40,625 bases of DNA, taken from positions 1 to 40,625 of the forward strand of contig JBGPFD010000002.1 in NCBI GenBank assembly GCA_041483175.1. Direction: 5' to 3'. The DNA comes from Thermoanaerobaculia bacterium (GTDB lineage Bacteria > Acidobacteriota > Thermoanaerobaculia > Gp7-AA8). Within the stretch, counting starts at the first letter, position 1; each line of letters starts with the position of its first letter. The translations under genes were made by a program, and so were the position numbers. The notes under the pieces are model-generated. The model was not told where the DNA came from and did not search any database. It saw only the letters and a program-made list of their open reading frames with translations. Below, piece after piece: positions 7,486 through 15,502 of the stretch.

Positions 7486-8046
7486 TTGATGACGGGAAGG
7501 CGCAAGATTGCCGCCGCTGGTCCGGTGCGGATTGCCTCCGGCGGCCGCCGCGTCGTGAGCTGCTCGCGGCTAACCGAATGGATGCTGACGGTGAGCACGC
7601 TTCCGGCCAGCGCATGCGGTCCCGGTCCAGAAGCCGTCGCTGTCGTCACCCTCCAAACGGGCGCAAGTGCCTCGGTATCGTCATCGGCGTCGTCGCTCGC
7701 CGTCAATGGGAGCGCGGCGCTCAGCGTCGCTGTTGCGAACGCGTCGATCTGGTCTTTGCCATCCTCCTTGGGCAACACTCTTGTACCGTCCTTCGGCACG
7801 ACCGACGACGCAACCGTGACGTACACCGGCTTCGGCGTGGGCACCGACACGATAACTTTGACCGCGAGCGGATTGTGCGGTCCGGCGCAACGGAGCATCA
7901 CCATCACCGTGACATCAGCAGCGCCACCGCCGCCGTCCGGCGGCTACCTCCGGTGCTGCGACGGGACGCTCTCGCCGACGTGCACGAGCTGCGCGAACAA
8001 GCATGGGTGCTGCTCACACCACGGCGGCGTCTGCGGATGCCTCTAG
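7486..8046 (+). CDS. Ig-like (Big-type) domain protein with a Cys-rich DUF3761-like C-terminal tail; possibly 5-prime truncated
   Basis: ATVTYTGFGVGTDTITLTASGLCGPAQRSITITVT resembles a bacterial Ig-like strand pattern. The tail RCCDGTLSPTCTSCANKHGCCSHHGGVCGC matches the C-x-DGT...G-x-CSHHGGV signature. It has a TTG start and no convincing signal peptide. Confidence 0.5.
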   Translation: MMTGRRKIAAAGPVRIASGGRRVVSCSRLTEWMLTVSTLPASACGPGPEAVAVVTLQTGASASVSSSASSLAVNGSAALSVAVANASIWSLPSSLGNTLVPSFGTTDDATVTYTGFGVGTDTITLTASGLCGPAQRSITITVTSAAPPPPSGGYLRCCDGTLSPTCTSCANKHGCCSHHGGVCGCL

Positions 8047-8335
8047 AGTGTTTCGGCTCTTCGAGTCGTGCTTCGCTGAGCCAGTTCATCAGGAACTCGG
8101 CGCGTCGTCGTAGCTCCTCGACTTCCCAGCGCAGTCGGTGTGTCGATCAGCATCTGTGACTTGGTCGCGTGGTGCGTCGCGCAGCGCGTCTTCCATGGTG
8201 GTGATCTCGTGCTGGATGAGTTCGAGGCTGCGCAGGAGTTGGGCGATCGTGCTTTTCTTGGGCACGTCGTGAGTTTAACAGTGTTGATGACTTCAACCGA
8301 TCGGCGCGCCGCAAAGTCACGAGTCGCTCCCGCCG

Positions 8336-8389
8336 AACGAGAAGGATCTCAAGATGCGGTACCGCATGCGGTCTTGAGATCCTTCGTTG
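8336..8389 (-). terminator. Nested palindromic hairpin downstream of gene 8395..9228
   Basis: 14-bp perfect stem gaaggatctcaaga / tcttgagatccttc. The loop itself contains the 12-nt palindrome tgcggtaccgca. The U-tract is weak. Confidence 0.5.
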
Positions 8390-8394
8390 ACAGC

Positions 8395-9228
8395 CTAGGG
8401 GCTCTGCGACGCCGACACTTGCACACCAGAGCTCGGCAACTGTCCATTCGCGACAACTGCGGCATAGGTCAGACTTGGCTGGCTGACCGTCACGACTGCA
8501 TACGCGAGTCGGTTGAGACCATTGGGACCATTGAAGGCAAGCGTGCAGTCGACCGGAGCGGTGGCGGCTAACAAGCTTCCGAATTGTTGCATTACATCTG
8601 GTGCCACTGTGACTCTCCTGGTATCGACTAGCGCTCCATCACAGGCACGCCGAATCTCGATGACGGACGACGCGACATCGCTTCCCCCGTTGTAGATGCC
8701 CACATTGATGTGGCCATCGACGTCGCCGAGCGTCAGTCCGGTCAAGACCTGCTGTTGGCCCGCGGGCACTAACGAGGTCAATACAGGCATCCTCGCTTTC
8801 CCATACTGCTGGTTCACAACAACCGGTACGGGGCAGAACGCATTTGTGACTCCTATAAACAGCTCTGAATCGACTGAGAGACCCGAAGGAACATCGAGAT
8901 GATAAACCCAAAGAGGATCGTGGCTGCCCGGCTGCCAAGTCGTTTTCTGGCGAATCGACGCTGCTTGGCCTGCGGGGACGACAAAGCTATCCGGAATTCC
9001 GGATGGGAGTCCGCCGTTGGACACTCCGAGCAGATGTACCGTTAAATCGGTTGCCGTCAGATTGTAGAAAACCGTATCCGCAGTCCAAATCAGCGCGCCA
9101 CACGCACTATCTGGCAATCGCGCTCCTAAGGCGCTCAAGTCGATGACGTACAAGCTGTCACCCTGTGCGCCTGCGCATAAAGCAAAGACCGCGACGACAG
9201 CCAGACCACGATGGATAAGAGTCTTCAT
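8395..9228 (-). CDS. Secreted hypothetical protein
   Basis: 277-aa ORF with signal peptide MKTLIHRGLAVVAVFALCAGAQG. It is in tandem with, and 9 nt downstream of, the BNR-like gene. I recognise no family. Confidence 0.7.
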   Translation of the reverse strand: MKTLIHRGLAVVAVFALCAGAQGDSLYVIDLSALGARLPDSACGALIWTADTVFYNLTATDLTVHLLGVSNGGLPSGIPDSFVVPAGQAASIRQKTTWQPGSHDPLWVYHLDVPSGLSVDSELFIGVTNAFCPVPVVVNQQYGKARMPVLTSLVPAGQQQVLTGLTLGDVDGHINVGIYNGGSDVASSVIEIRRACDGALVDTRRVTVAPDVMQQFGSLLAATAPVDCTLAFNGPNGLNRLAYAVVTVSQPSLTYAAVVANGQLPSSGVQVSASQSP

Positions 9229-9237
9229 TGACGTTTC

Positions 9238-10884
9238 CTAGTAGCCAATGCGCGATAGCCAGATGTCGAACGTCCCGGCACTTATTCCCACCCATGATGA
9301 GGTTGCCTTTTCGCCACCGCTAAAGGGCCAGTCCCAGACATCTTGATAGTCGCCGATGAAGGAATTGAGTGGAGGAGTGGAATCGAATCGACTAAGGTCC
9401 TGATCTGTGGCGTCGATACGAGTACCCGTGGGGGTCAGGTAGGCCTCGTAAGTCCGGTAGCTCGTATTCGTGTTGTCGGCATGACGGTCATAATATGTGA
9501 TCACCACGTTACCCAGCGTGTTGAAGTCGATCGCAGGCATAAATTGATCATTTGCTGTGAACTGCACGCCGGTCGTCGGAGTCGACGACACCCGATGCCA
9601 ACCGGATGTGTCCCGATAGGCGTACAGGATGTCTGTCCCGCTCGTTCCGTCCGCGTGCCACGTTAGAATAATCTTGCTCGGATTCGTATACCAATCGAAT
9701 CTTGCCATGGGTGCGGTCTCGGCGCGAAGGCCCGGGCTCCCCCCCGGCGGGATGCTGCCAATGTGCACGCCGGTGCCGGCGATTTCATGAGCACCAAAGC
9801 CCGCGCCGAAGTTTGTGGAAGCGGCCATCTGAATATTGCGTGCTCCGAAGTCGACCCAGAGTACGTACACCGTGCCCGTGCCAGGGTCGACGACGATTTG
9901 CGGGTTCGCGAGACCGTTGTTGTTCTGCGGGGTCGGCAACGGTCCGTAGGCGACCACTGTCTTCTGAGGGAAAGTAGCGCCGCGGTTAGTGCTCAAAGCG
10001 ACAACGATGGCGCTATTCGAATTCACGTAGTCCTGGCTGACATAGGCCAGGTACACGTAGCCTAGATCGCCACCATTGTGAAGCGAGACAGCGATCGCCG
10101 GCTTATCCAGGAAATATCCTGACGGCCTCGAATCGGCGATGGCCGGATTGGCAGTCCAATACCCGTTATCAGTCATATCCGAATGCCAAACGCCGATTGC
10201 ATTAGGATAGTTTTGCGGATTCCTGAGATCATTATTGTTATATACGAGTCCGGCGCAGTACCTGCGAAGAGCCGCGATTCCACCGGGATAGGGGTTCTCG
10301 CTCATAAGCGGGTCGCCGCTAACGTTGTATCCCAGCGGGATTGGCATCGAACCGCGGATAAAGAGTGAAAAGTCTGTCGTACTTGCGTAATGAATGCGAG
10401 GCGTATTAGAGTCCTCGTATTTAATATAGCTCGTAACTGTCCGATCCAGCGGCGTCCCACCCGGGTTTTCGTTAATCGTGATCACCGACGGTTCCACATC
10501 TTGAAGCGGGTCCGACGTGGCATTGACCTCCGAAAGGAATATCGCATCGGGCGTTGGCTTCAGGATTCTTACACCCACCTCAGCGTGCCCTAGAGAACTC
10601 AGTCCGAGAACCGGAGCCGAAGACGTACCAGTCGCGTGTTGCAGTGACCTGAAAATGCCGTAATACACGACGCCGCTAAGATGGCTGTTTCTCAACGTTT
10701 CAAGAGCGAAGGATGGAACGCGCACTCCACCTTGTGGCGGAGGCACCGGGAGTGGATCGGGAGCGGGTGGGACTGCGGGCTGCAACCGGTCCGGAGGAAT
10801 CGGTGGCGGCGTCGCAGCAAAGACGGCCCGGGCGGCGAATGTTAGTGCTAGGGCGAGAGTTAATAACAACATGAGTCTTCTCAT
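9238..10884 (-). CDS. Secreted sialidase/BNR-like beta-propeller protein (degenerate Asp-boxes)
   Basis: 548 aa with signal peptide MRRLMLLLTLALALTFAARAVFA. Asp-box-like motifs: LSTNRGATF and ASTNFGAGF. The function call is weak. Confidence 0.6.
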   Translation of the reverse strand: MRRLMLLLTLALALTFAARAVFAATPPPIPPDRLQPAVPPAPDPLPVPPPQGGVRVPSFALETLRNSHLSGVVYYGIFRSLQHATGTSSAPVLGLSSLGHAEVGVRILKPTPDAIFLSEVNATSDPLQDVEPSVITINENPGGTPLDRTVTSYIKYEDSNTPRIHYASTTDFSLFIRGSMPIPLGYNVSGDPLMSENPYPGGIAALRRYCAGLVYNNNDLRNPQNYPNAIGVWHSDMTDNGYWTANPAIADSRPSGYFLDKPAIAVSLHNGGDLGYVYLAYVSQDYVNSNSAIVVALSTNRGATFPQKTVVAYGPLPTPQNNNGLANPQIVVDPGTGTVYVLWVDFGARNIQMAASTNFGAGFGAHEIAGTGVHIGSIPPGGSPGLRAETAPMARFDWYTNPSKIILTWHADGTSGTDILYAYRDTSGWHRVSSTPTTGVQFTANDQFMPAIDFNTLGNVVITYYDRHADNTNTSYRTYEAYLTPTGTRIDATDQDLSRFDSTPPLNSFIGDYQDVWDWPFSGGEKATSSWVGISAGTFDIWLSRIGY

Positions 10885-11198
10885 TACTGGTTGTCCTTCC
10901 TGATGGAGGTTTCCAGGTAAACTGCGGCACCTCTTTCATAAGGAGCAAAAGGGGGCGCGCCGGTTAGAGTCAGGCTGTATGTCGCAGTTTGGGGAGGGCC
11001 TCCGCAGCTGATGGTTTAAATAATGGAAGTAAGGGTGGTCCTCATGAGGTACACCTTTATTGTCGGTCTACCAGAGGACGCCTGTCTACTGGCATTTTGT
11101 CGCATACGCTCGGTACCGTCACACCAATCACCAAGGTTCGCGAAGCGCGCTGGAAAGATAGCTGGCCAGAGAGAACCACGCCGAGTGACTTGTCATTT

Positions 11199-11690
11199 TT
11201 ACGAGGTGCGCCTCTGGCGGTAGGCGTCCGGCGTCGTTCCCGTGGCTCGGCGGAACGCGCGATGAAAAGAACGTTCGCTTCTGAATTCGGCCTGAGCGCC
11301 GATCCTGGCGACCCTGAGGTTGGTCGTGTCCAAGAGGTATTTTACGTGGTCTATGAGCCGTCGCCGGAGATAGCTGCCGATTGCTTGCCGGCGCTCGTGA
11401 TGGAATGTCAGTGTCAGGGTGGATCTGCTTATCCCAAGCCGTTTCGCGAGTTCGTCGACCTGCGGTCGTTCATGTCGTGCGAAGCAAAAAGCCAGGTAGT
11501 CCTCGATAGCACTGAGGACTATCTGCGAATTTGCAGCGTTGTCGTGTCCAGCGGCTGAGGGGCAGCCGCGTTTCGATCTCTCTAGTCGCTGTGTGGGACG
11601 CCGGAGCACGGAGAAACCCTTGGGAAGTAGTGATTCGGAGACCACTTTTGCTACCCTCCACACCTTGCCCAGCGTCACGATTTCCGTCAC
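11199..11690 (-). CDS. AraC-family transcriptional regulator (short, essentially the DNA-binding domain only)
   Basis: Dual HTH: VDELAKRLGISRSTLTLTF...YLRRRLIDHVKYLL...RVARIGAQAEFRSERSFHRAFRRATGTTPDAYR. The start is uncertain. Confidence 0.8.
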   Translation of the reverse strand: MTEIVTLGKVWRVAKVVSESLLPKGFSVLRRPTQRLERSKRGCPSAAGHDNAANSQIVLSAIEDYLAFCFARHERPQVDELAKRLGISRSTLTLTFHHERRQAIGSYLRRRLIDHVKYLLDTTNLRVARIGAQAEFRSERSFHRAFRRATGTTPDAYRQRRTS

Positions 11691-12060
11691 GGAAACCGAG
11701 TCTCGATCTGTAATCTACTGAGCCGCCAAGCCGTTAGAGGAGAACTGGCGCGTGATCGCCTTGCATCCGAGGCTTGCTTTTGCGGCAGGCGCCGACCGCA
11801 TACTCTCGATGATGAGTTTCCCCGACTGTCAGAGCTTCGCTTAGGGGGCGCCCTTTCCACTTTTCTGCAGTGCTGTGCGTCCGTCGTCTGGATACGTCAT
11901 CTCGAAGAAAGCCTTCACCGACGGGAACAGACATACAAATTCTTTCGGCGCTGGGGGTAGCACTTTGCTCTTCCCGGTCACTACTTCCTGAAAGGCTCGT
12001 GGTAGGGAAGTGGGTCATTCCGTCACTCCTCCTACTAAACATCCTTTCAAGGGAGGACTC

Positions 12061-12864
12061 ATGCGCCGATTCGCGATTGCGGTTGCTTGCGCTCTCCTTG
12101 CAGCTGTTGCCGCTGCTGAAGGGAACGGCAAACTCCAGCTGCACTTCATCGACGTCGGTCAGGGTATGGGCGCACTGCTCATCACTCCGAACGGGGAAAC
12201 CGTGCTCTTTGACGACGGCGCGAACAAGAATTGCGACAAACCCCTCTCATACCTCCAGCAACTCGGCATCACGAAAATCGACTACCACATCAACAGCCAC
12301 TACCACGCCGACCACCTCGGGTGCGCCAGCCAGGTGCTCGCGGAGTTCCCCCTGCAGAAGGTCGCGTACGACCGGGGCACGAGCGTCACGAGCGACGCGA
12401 TGAGCACCGCGTCCTACCAGAATTACGCGACCGCCGCGGGCTCGAAGCGCCGCACGCCGACAAAGGGCGAGACCCTCACGCTCGACGCCGGGAGCACGCA
12501 CCCGGTCACGATCACGTTCGTCACACTGGCTGGGAACGGTGTGCCCACGACGAACGAGAATGACCTAAGCCTCGTCGCGCTCGTGCACTTCGACGAGTTC
12601 GACGCTGAACTCGGTGGGGACCTCAGCGGCGAGAACAGCGGGAACTACGCGGACATCGAGACCACCGTGATCCCGCTCGTGCACCAGGTCGAGGTGTACG
12701 AGGTCCACCACCACGGCAGCAGGTACAGCAGCAACGAGGCATGGCTCGCCAAAATCAAGCCCCGCGTTGGGATCGTTAGCGCGGGCGACGGGAATACGGA
12801 GTGTAGCGGCGGGCGTCCCCGCCCGCCCGGCGCGCGAGGACGCGCGCCCCTACACGTCCAGTAG
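12061..12864 (+). CDS. Secreted MBL-fold metallo-hydrolase (ComEC C-terminal-like); the 3-prime end runs into a REP
   Basis: ATG preceded by aagggagg. Signal peptide MRRFAIAVACALLAAVAAA. Motifs LHFIDVGQGMGALL and NSHYHADHLG. The last ~20 aa (ECSGGRPRPPGARGRAPLHVQ) are translated REP sequence. Confidence 0.75.
   Translation: MRRFAIAVACALLAAVAAAEGNGKLQLHFIDVGQGMGALLITPNGETVLFDDGANKNCDKPLSYLQQLGITKIDYHINSHYHADHLGCASQVLAEFPLQKVAYDRGTSVTSDAMSTASYQNYATAAGSKRRTPTKGETLTLDAGSTHPVTITFVTLAGNGVPTTNENDLSLVALVHFDEFDAELGGDLSGENSGNYADIETTVIPLVHQVEVYEVHHHGSRYSSNEAWLAKIKPRVGIVSAGDGNTECSGGRPRPPGARGRAPLHVQ
12797..12856. repeat. GC-rich REP-like element, copy B (near-identical to 6457-6515)
   Basis: The sequence is cggagtgtagcggcgggcgtccccgcccgcccggcgcgcgaggacgcgcgcccctacacg. 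By hand alignment it has about 4 mismatches to copy A over about 60 nt. Confidence 0.85.
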
Positions 12865-13275
12865 CCAGAGGCGCGTCGGCTCGTCCTGACGGCGCTCGAG
12901 GCGCGTTCCGTGATCGGAGAGGAAAATCTCCAGCGCCGGATAGACGCGCGCACTGAGCAGATGTCCGCCGATGGCCGCCCCGTAGCGCCGGCCCAGGACC
13001 GTGTGCGCGTGAATCTTCACGTCGTCCCCGGAGCGCGCGATGCTGCCGGTGACGGCCAGCACTTCGACCTGCTCGGCGACTTCGATGTGCTCGTACTCCT
13101 TGGTGTGGCGATTCCAGTAAGCGATGGTCGCCTGCTCGAACGCGCCGATCCCCGAGAAGCTCGCCCCTTCGATGGAATGCTGCTTCGCGAATTCGGTCAG
13201 CTCGCTCATCACGTCGTCACCCGGATCGAGGACCAGCAGATGGGCAGCAGGCGCGCCGAGCGATTTCGTTTTCAT
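12850..13275 (-). CDS. PPC/DUF296 domain protein
   Basis: LVLDPGDDVMSELTEFAKQHSIEGASFSGIGAF...VLAVTGSIARSGDDVKIHAHTVLG...IGGHL follows the PPC (plants and prokaryotes conserved) domain pattern. Confidence 0.75.
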   Translation of the reverse strand: MKTKSLGAPAAHLLVLDPGDDVMSELTEFAKQHSIEGASFSGIGAFEQATIAYWNRHTKEYEHIEVAEQVEVLAVTGSIARSGDDVKIHAHTVLGRRYGAAIGGHLLSARVYPALEIFLSDHGTRLERRQDEPTRLWLLDV

Positions 13276-14339
13276 TGCCGGAGAAACATATCAGCGATTT
13301 CCAGCGCGATGCGGTTCGGCGTTCCCTCATCGCGATTCGTCAGCACCACCACCGCGAGGCGTTGCTCGGGAAAACGGACGATTTCGTTCCGGAAGCCGAT
13401 CGTCTCGCCGGAGTGCGACACCACCCGCCGCCCATGATGCTCGCTGATGCGCCAGCCGAATCCGTAGCGAACCGCCGGATCATCGGTCGGCGTGCGGGGA
13501 ACGCGCGCCTCAGCGAAGCGGCCGGTGTCGAGCAGCGCAATCCAATGCACCAGATCGTCGATGGATGTGTAAATTCCGCCGTCGCCGAGGACCGCGCTGG
13601 TGAGGCTCTGATCGGTGCGGCGCCAGCCGTTCCCTTCCCGGCTGTACCCATACGCGCGGTGGGGAACGGTCGAGATCCCCTCTTCGAAGGCGACCGTCGA
13701 TTGCATTCCGGCCGGCGCGAAGATGTTGTCGTGCAGAAAGTCGGCAAATCGCTTCCCCGACGCGCGCTCGACGATCAGCGCCAGAAACGCGTAGCCGGTG
13801 TTGCTGTAACGGTAGTGCATGCCGGGCGGAAAGTACGTGGTGCTCGTTCTTTCGAGCAGATGAAGAGCGTCCGCGTCTTTGAGCTGTTTCGTCGTGCCGG
13901 GCGGGATCAGATCTTCGTACGCGAGCAGCCCCGAGGTGTGCGTCAGCAGTTGGCGGATGGTGATCCCGTTCGCATAGGCCGGCATGGAAGGGAGGAATTT
14001 CGTTATCGCATCATTGAGCGAGAGCTTTCCTTCCTCCGCGAGCAGCAGAATCGCCGCGGCGGTGAATTGCTTGGTCACCGATGCCAGGCGGTAGTTCGTA
14101 TCGGGCGCGCTGGCGATGGGCTCTTCGAGATTGGCCATCCCGTAGCTCCTGCGCAGGACGACCGTCCCGTCGCGCACGACGAGCACGCTGGCGCCGGGCA
14201 CATTTCCCTGATGGTCATGCATCAGGGCGTCGACGTTCATGCCAGTCGACGCGCATCCTGACGCGGCAAGCGCGACAGCAATGCATACTCCTGCGCGTGC
14301 GGCACGAACGTATCGTCGGGCCGCAGATCGTGCACCCAT
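13272..14339 (-). CDS. Serine hydrolase, beta-lactamase (class C/PBP4-like) family lipoprotein
   Basis: Lipobox-like VALAASGCAS. S-x-x-K motif SVTKQF. Y-x-N motif YSNTGY. The start is uncertain because the longest ORF overlaps the upstream NUDIX gene by 103 nt. Confidence 0.85.
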   Translation of the reverse strand: MGARSAARRYVRAARAGVCIAVALAASGCASTGMNVDALMHDHQGNVPGASVLVVRDGTVVLRRSYGMANLEEPIASAPDTNYRLASVTKQFTAAAILLLAEEGKLSLNDAITKFLPSMPAYANGITIRQLLTHTSGLLAYEDLIPPGTTKQLKDADALHLLERTSTTYFPPGMHYRYSNTGYAFLALIVERASGKRFADFLHDNIFAPAGMQSTVAFEEGISTVPHRAYGYSREGNGWRRTDQSLTSAVLGDGGIYTSIDDLVHWIALLDTGRFAEARVPRTPTDDPAVRYGFGWRISEHHGRRVVSHSGETIGFRNEIVRFPEQRLAVVVLTNRDEGTPNRIALEIADMFLRQ

Positions 14340-14770
14340 CGGGCCTCCGCGACTTCTTCGGGATCGAGCGCCAGCGAGGAAATGTCGATCTCGCGGCGCA
14401 CGAGAAAGATCTCGTGAAACTCGTTGTCAATGTACGTGCCGCTGTTGAGCACGAACGACTCGCGCAACATGCCGAGGTGCTGCAGATCGGCGCGCGAAAT
14501 CGTCAGTCCCAGTTCTTCGTGCGTCTCGCGGATCGCCGCGTCGATCGCCGTCTCCCCCGCGGAGAGGTGTCCTGCCGCGGAAACGTCCCACAAACCGGGA
14601 TGGTTCTCTTTCTTCAACGAGCGGCGCTGCAGCAGGACGCGGCCGTCGGGCGCGACGATCCAGACGTGGGCGGCGCGATGCCAGTCACCGCCGCGGTGGA
14701 CCTGCGCTCTCGATTTGCGGGCGCCGGCCGGCTCACCGTCCGGCGTCAGGACGTCGATCAGCTCGGTCAA
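14237..14770 (-). CDS. NUDIX hydrolase
   Basis: Nudix box GHLSAGETAIDAAIRETHEELGL. I prefer the TTG at 14770 because the longest ORF (to 14848) begins inside a REP element. Confidence 0.8.
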   Translation of the reverse strand: MTELIDVLTPDGEPAGARKSRAQVHRGGDWHRAAHVWIVAPDGRVLLQRRSLKKENHPGLWDVSAAGHLSAGETAIDAAIRETHEELGLTISRADLQHLGMLRESFVLNSGTYIDNEFHEIFLVRREIDISSLALDPEEVAEARWVHDLRPDDTFVPHAQEYALLSRLPRQDARRLA

Positions 14771-14782
14771 GGTTGCCAGTTG

Positions 14783-14846
14783 CCCTCGGAGTGCGGCGGC
14801 TTGACGCCGCCTTGAGGGCGGTGCCAGGGCACCGCACTCCGAAGGC
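14783..14846. repeat. REP-like palindromic element (CCTYGGAGTGCGG ... CCGCACTCCGAAGG)
   Basis: The sequence is ccctcggagtgcggcggcttgacgccgccttgagggcggtgccagggcaccgcactccgaaggc. There is a second copy at 31670-31733. Confidence 0.85.
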
Positions 14847-14848
14847 AA

Positions 14849-15502
14849 CTAATGATCCCCTTTGTCCATGAACAACTGCTCGTAGGCCTCACGTGAGGCC
14901 GTGTCCGCATCGATCTCGCCCCGGCGCGCCTGCGTGCGGCAGAACGACGGTTCGCGATCGGTGATCACCGTAATGGAGCTGGCACGGAGAAGATCCTTCG
15001 ACGGCCACATTCCGCGGATCTCCAGCAGGTCGCCCGGCTTGAGCGAGCTGACCCACACCCGCCCGTTCAGCCCGTAGGCTGCCTTGGCGTCGACGCGCAG
15101 GTAGCGCTGCTGCGGCAGGCGGAGGGAGAAGAATTCCGTCTTCGCCTCGCGCACGGCGAAGCGGCCGACCACCGTGCGATGCGAGCGGAAAATCGAATCG
15201 ACCAGCGCGTCATCGACGCGCATGGTGACCTCGATCGATTGCGCCACCAGGTGTGTACCCCGGCCCCGCACGGCGAACAGATGCACGCGGTCGCCGGGAC
15301 GGAGATCCGCGCGATCGAACGCAAGGCCGCGGAAGGTGATTGCGCCGCGCTCCAGGGCCACCCGCACGCGCGGGCCGGCGTCGCTGCCGACGATCAGCCG
15401 GTCGACGCCGCGGTTCATGCGACAGACCGTCCCGTCAATGGTGATCGGCAGCGCGGGAAGCGCGGAAAGAGCGAGCAGCAGCGACAGCGTGAATCGTTTC
15501 AT
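14849..15502 (-). CDS. Secreted hypothetical protein
   Basis: 217 aa with signal peptide MKRFTLSLLLALSALPALP. There are two internally similar segments (PGDRVHLFAVRG... and PGDLLEIRGMW...). I cannot assign a family. Confidence 0.65.
   Translation of the reverse strand: MKRFTLSLLLALSALPALPITIDGTVCRMNRGVDRLIVGSDAGPRVRVALERGAITFRGLAFDRADLRPGDRVHLFAVRGRGTHLVAQSIEVTMRVDDALVDSIFRSHRTVVGRFAVREAKTEFFSLRLPQQRYLRVDAKAAYGLNGRVWVSSLKPGDLLEIRGMWPSKDLLRASSITVITDREPSFCRTQARRGEIDADTASREAYEQLFMDKGDH

Noticed and set aside
7314-7907. 197-aa minus-strand ORF overlapping the Ig-like/Cys-rich ORF.
   Set aside because: The plus-strand frame carries recognisable Ig-like strand patterns and the CSHHGGV tail, and the minus frame has none. 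Its last ~50 residues (7314-7472) lie outside the plus-strand ORF, and I kept them only as part of the possible decayed gene noted at 6660-7480.
8090-8265. Sub-threshold 58-codon minus-strand ORF (VPKKSTIAQLLRSLELIQHEITTMEDALRD...). A second frame continues ...LRWEVEELRRRAEFLMNWLSEARLEEPK, suggesting a frameshifted coiled-coil protein or transposase-OrfA-like remnant.
   Set aside because: It is too short and has no diagnostic motif. I cannot support it from sequence alone. It could be checked by frameshift-tolerant blastx.
10989-11558. 189-aa plus-strand ORF, plus 11734..12144(-) and 11870..12403(+) around the AraC/MBL divergent region.
   Set aside because: The first is antisense to the clearly recognisable AraC HTH region. 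The others span the intergenic region or run out of frame with the MBL gene, and they lack any motif or RBS.
14771-14848. Longest-ORF N-terminus of the NUDIX gene (MPSECGALAPPSRRRQAAALRGQLAT).
   Set aside because: These codons are the translated REP element at 14783-14846. An in-frame TTG at 14770 gives a normal NUDIX N-terminus.
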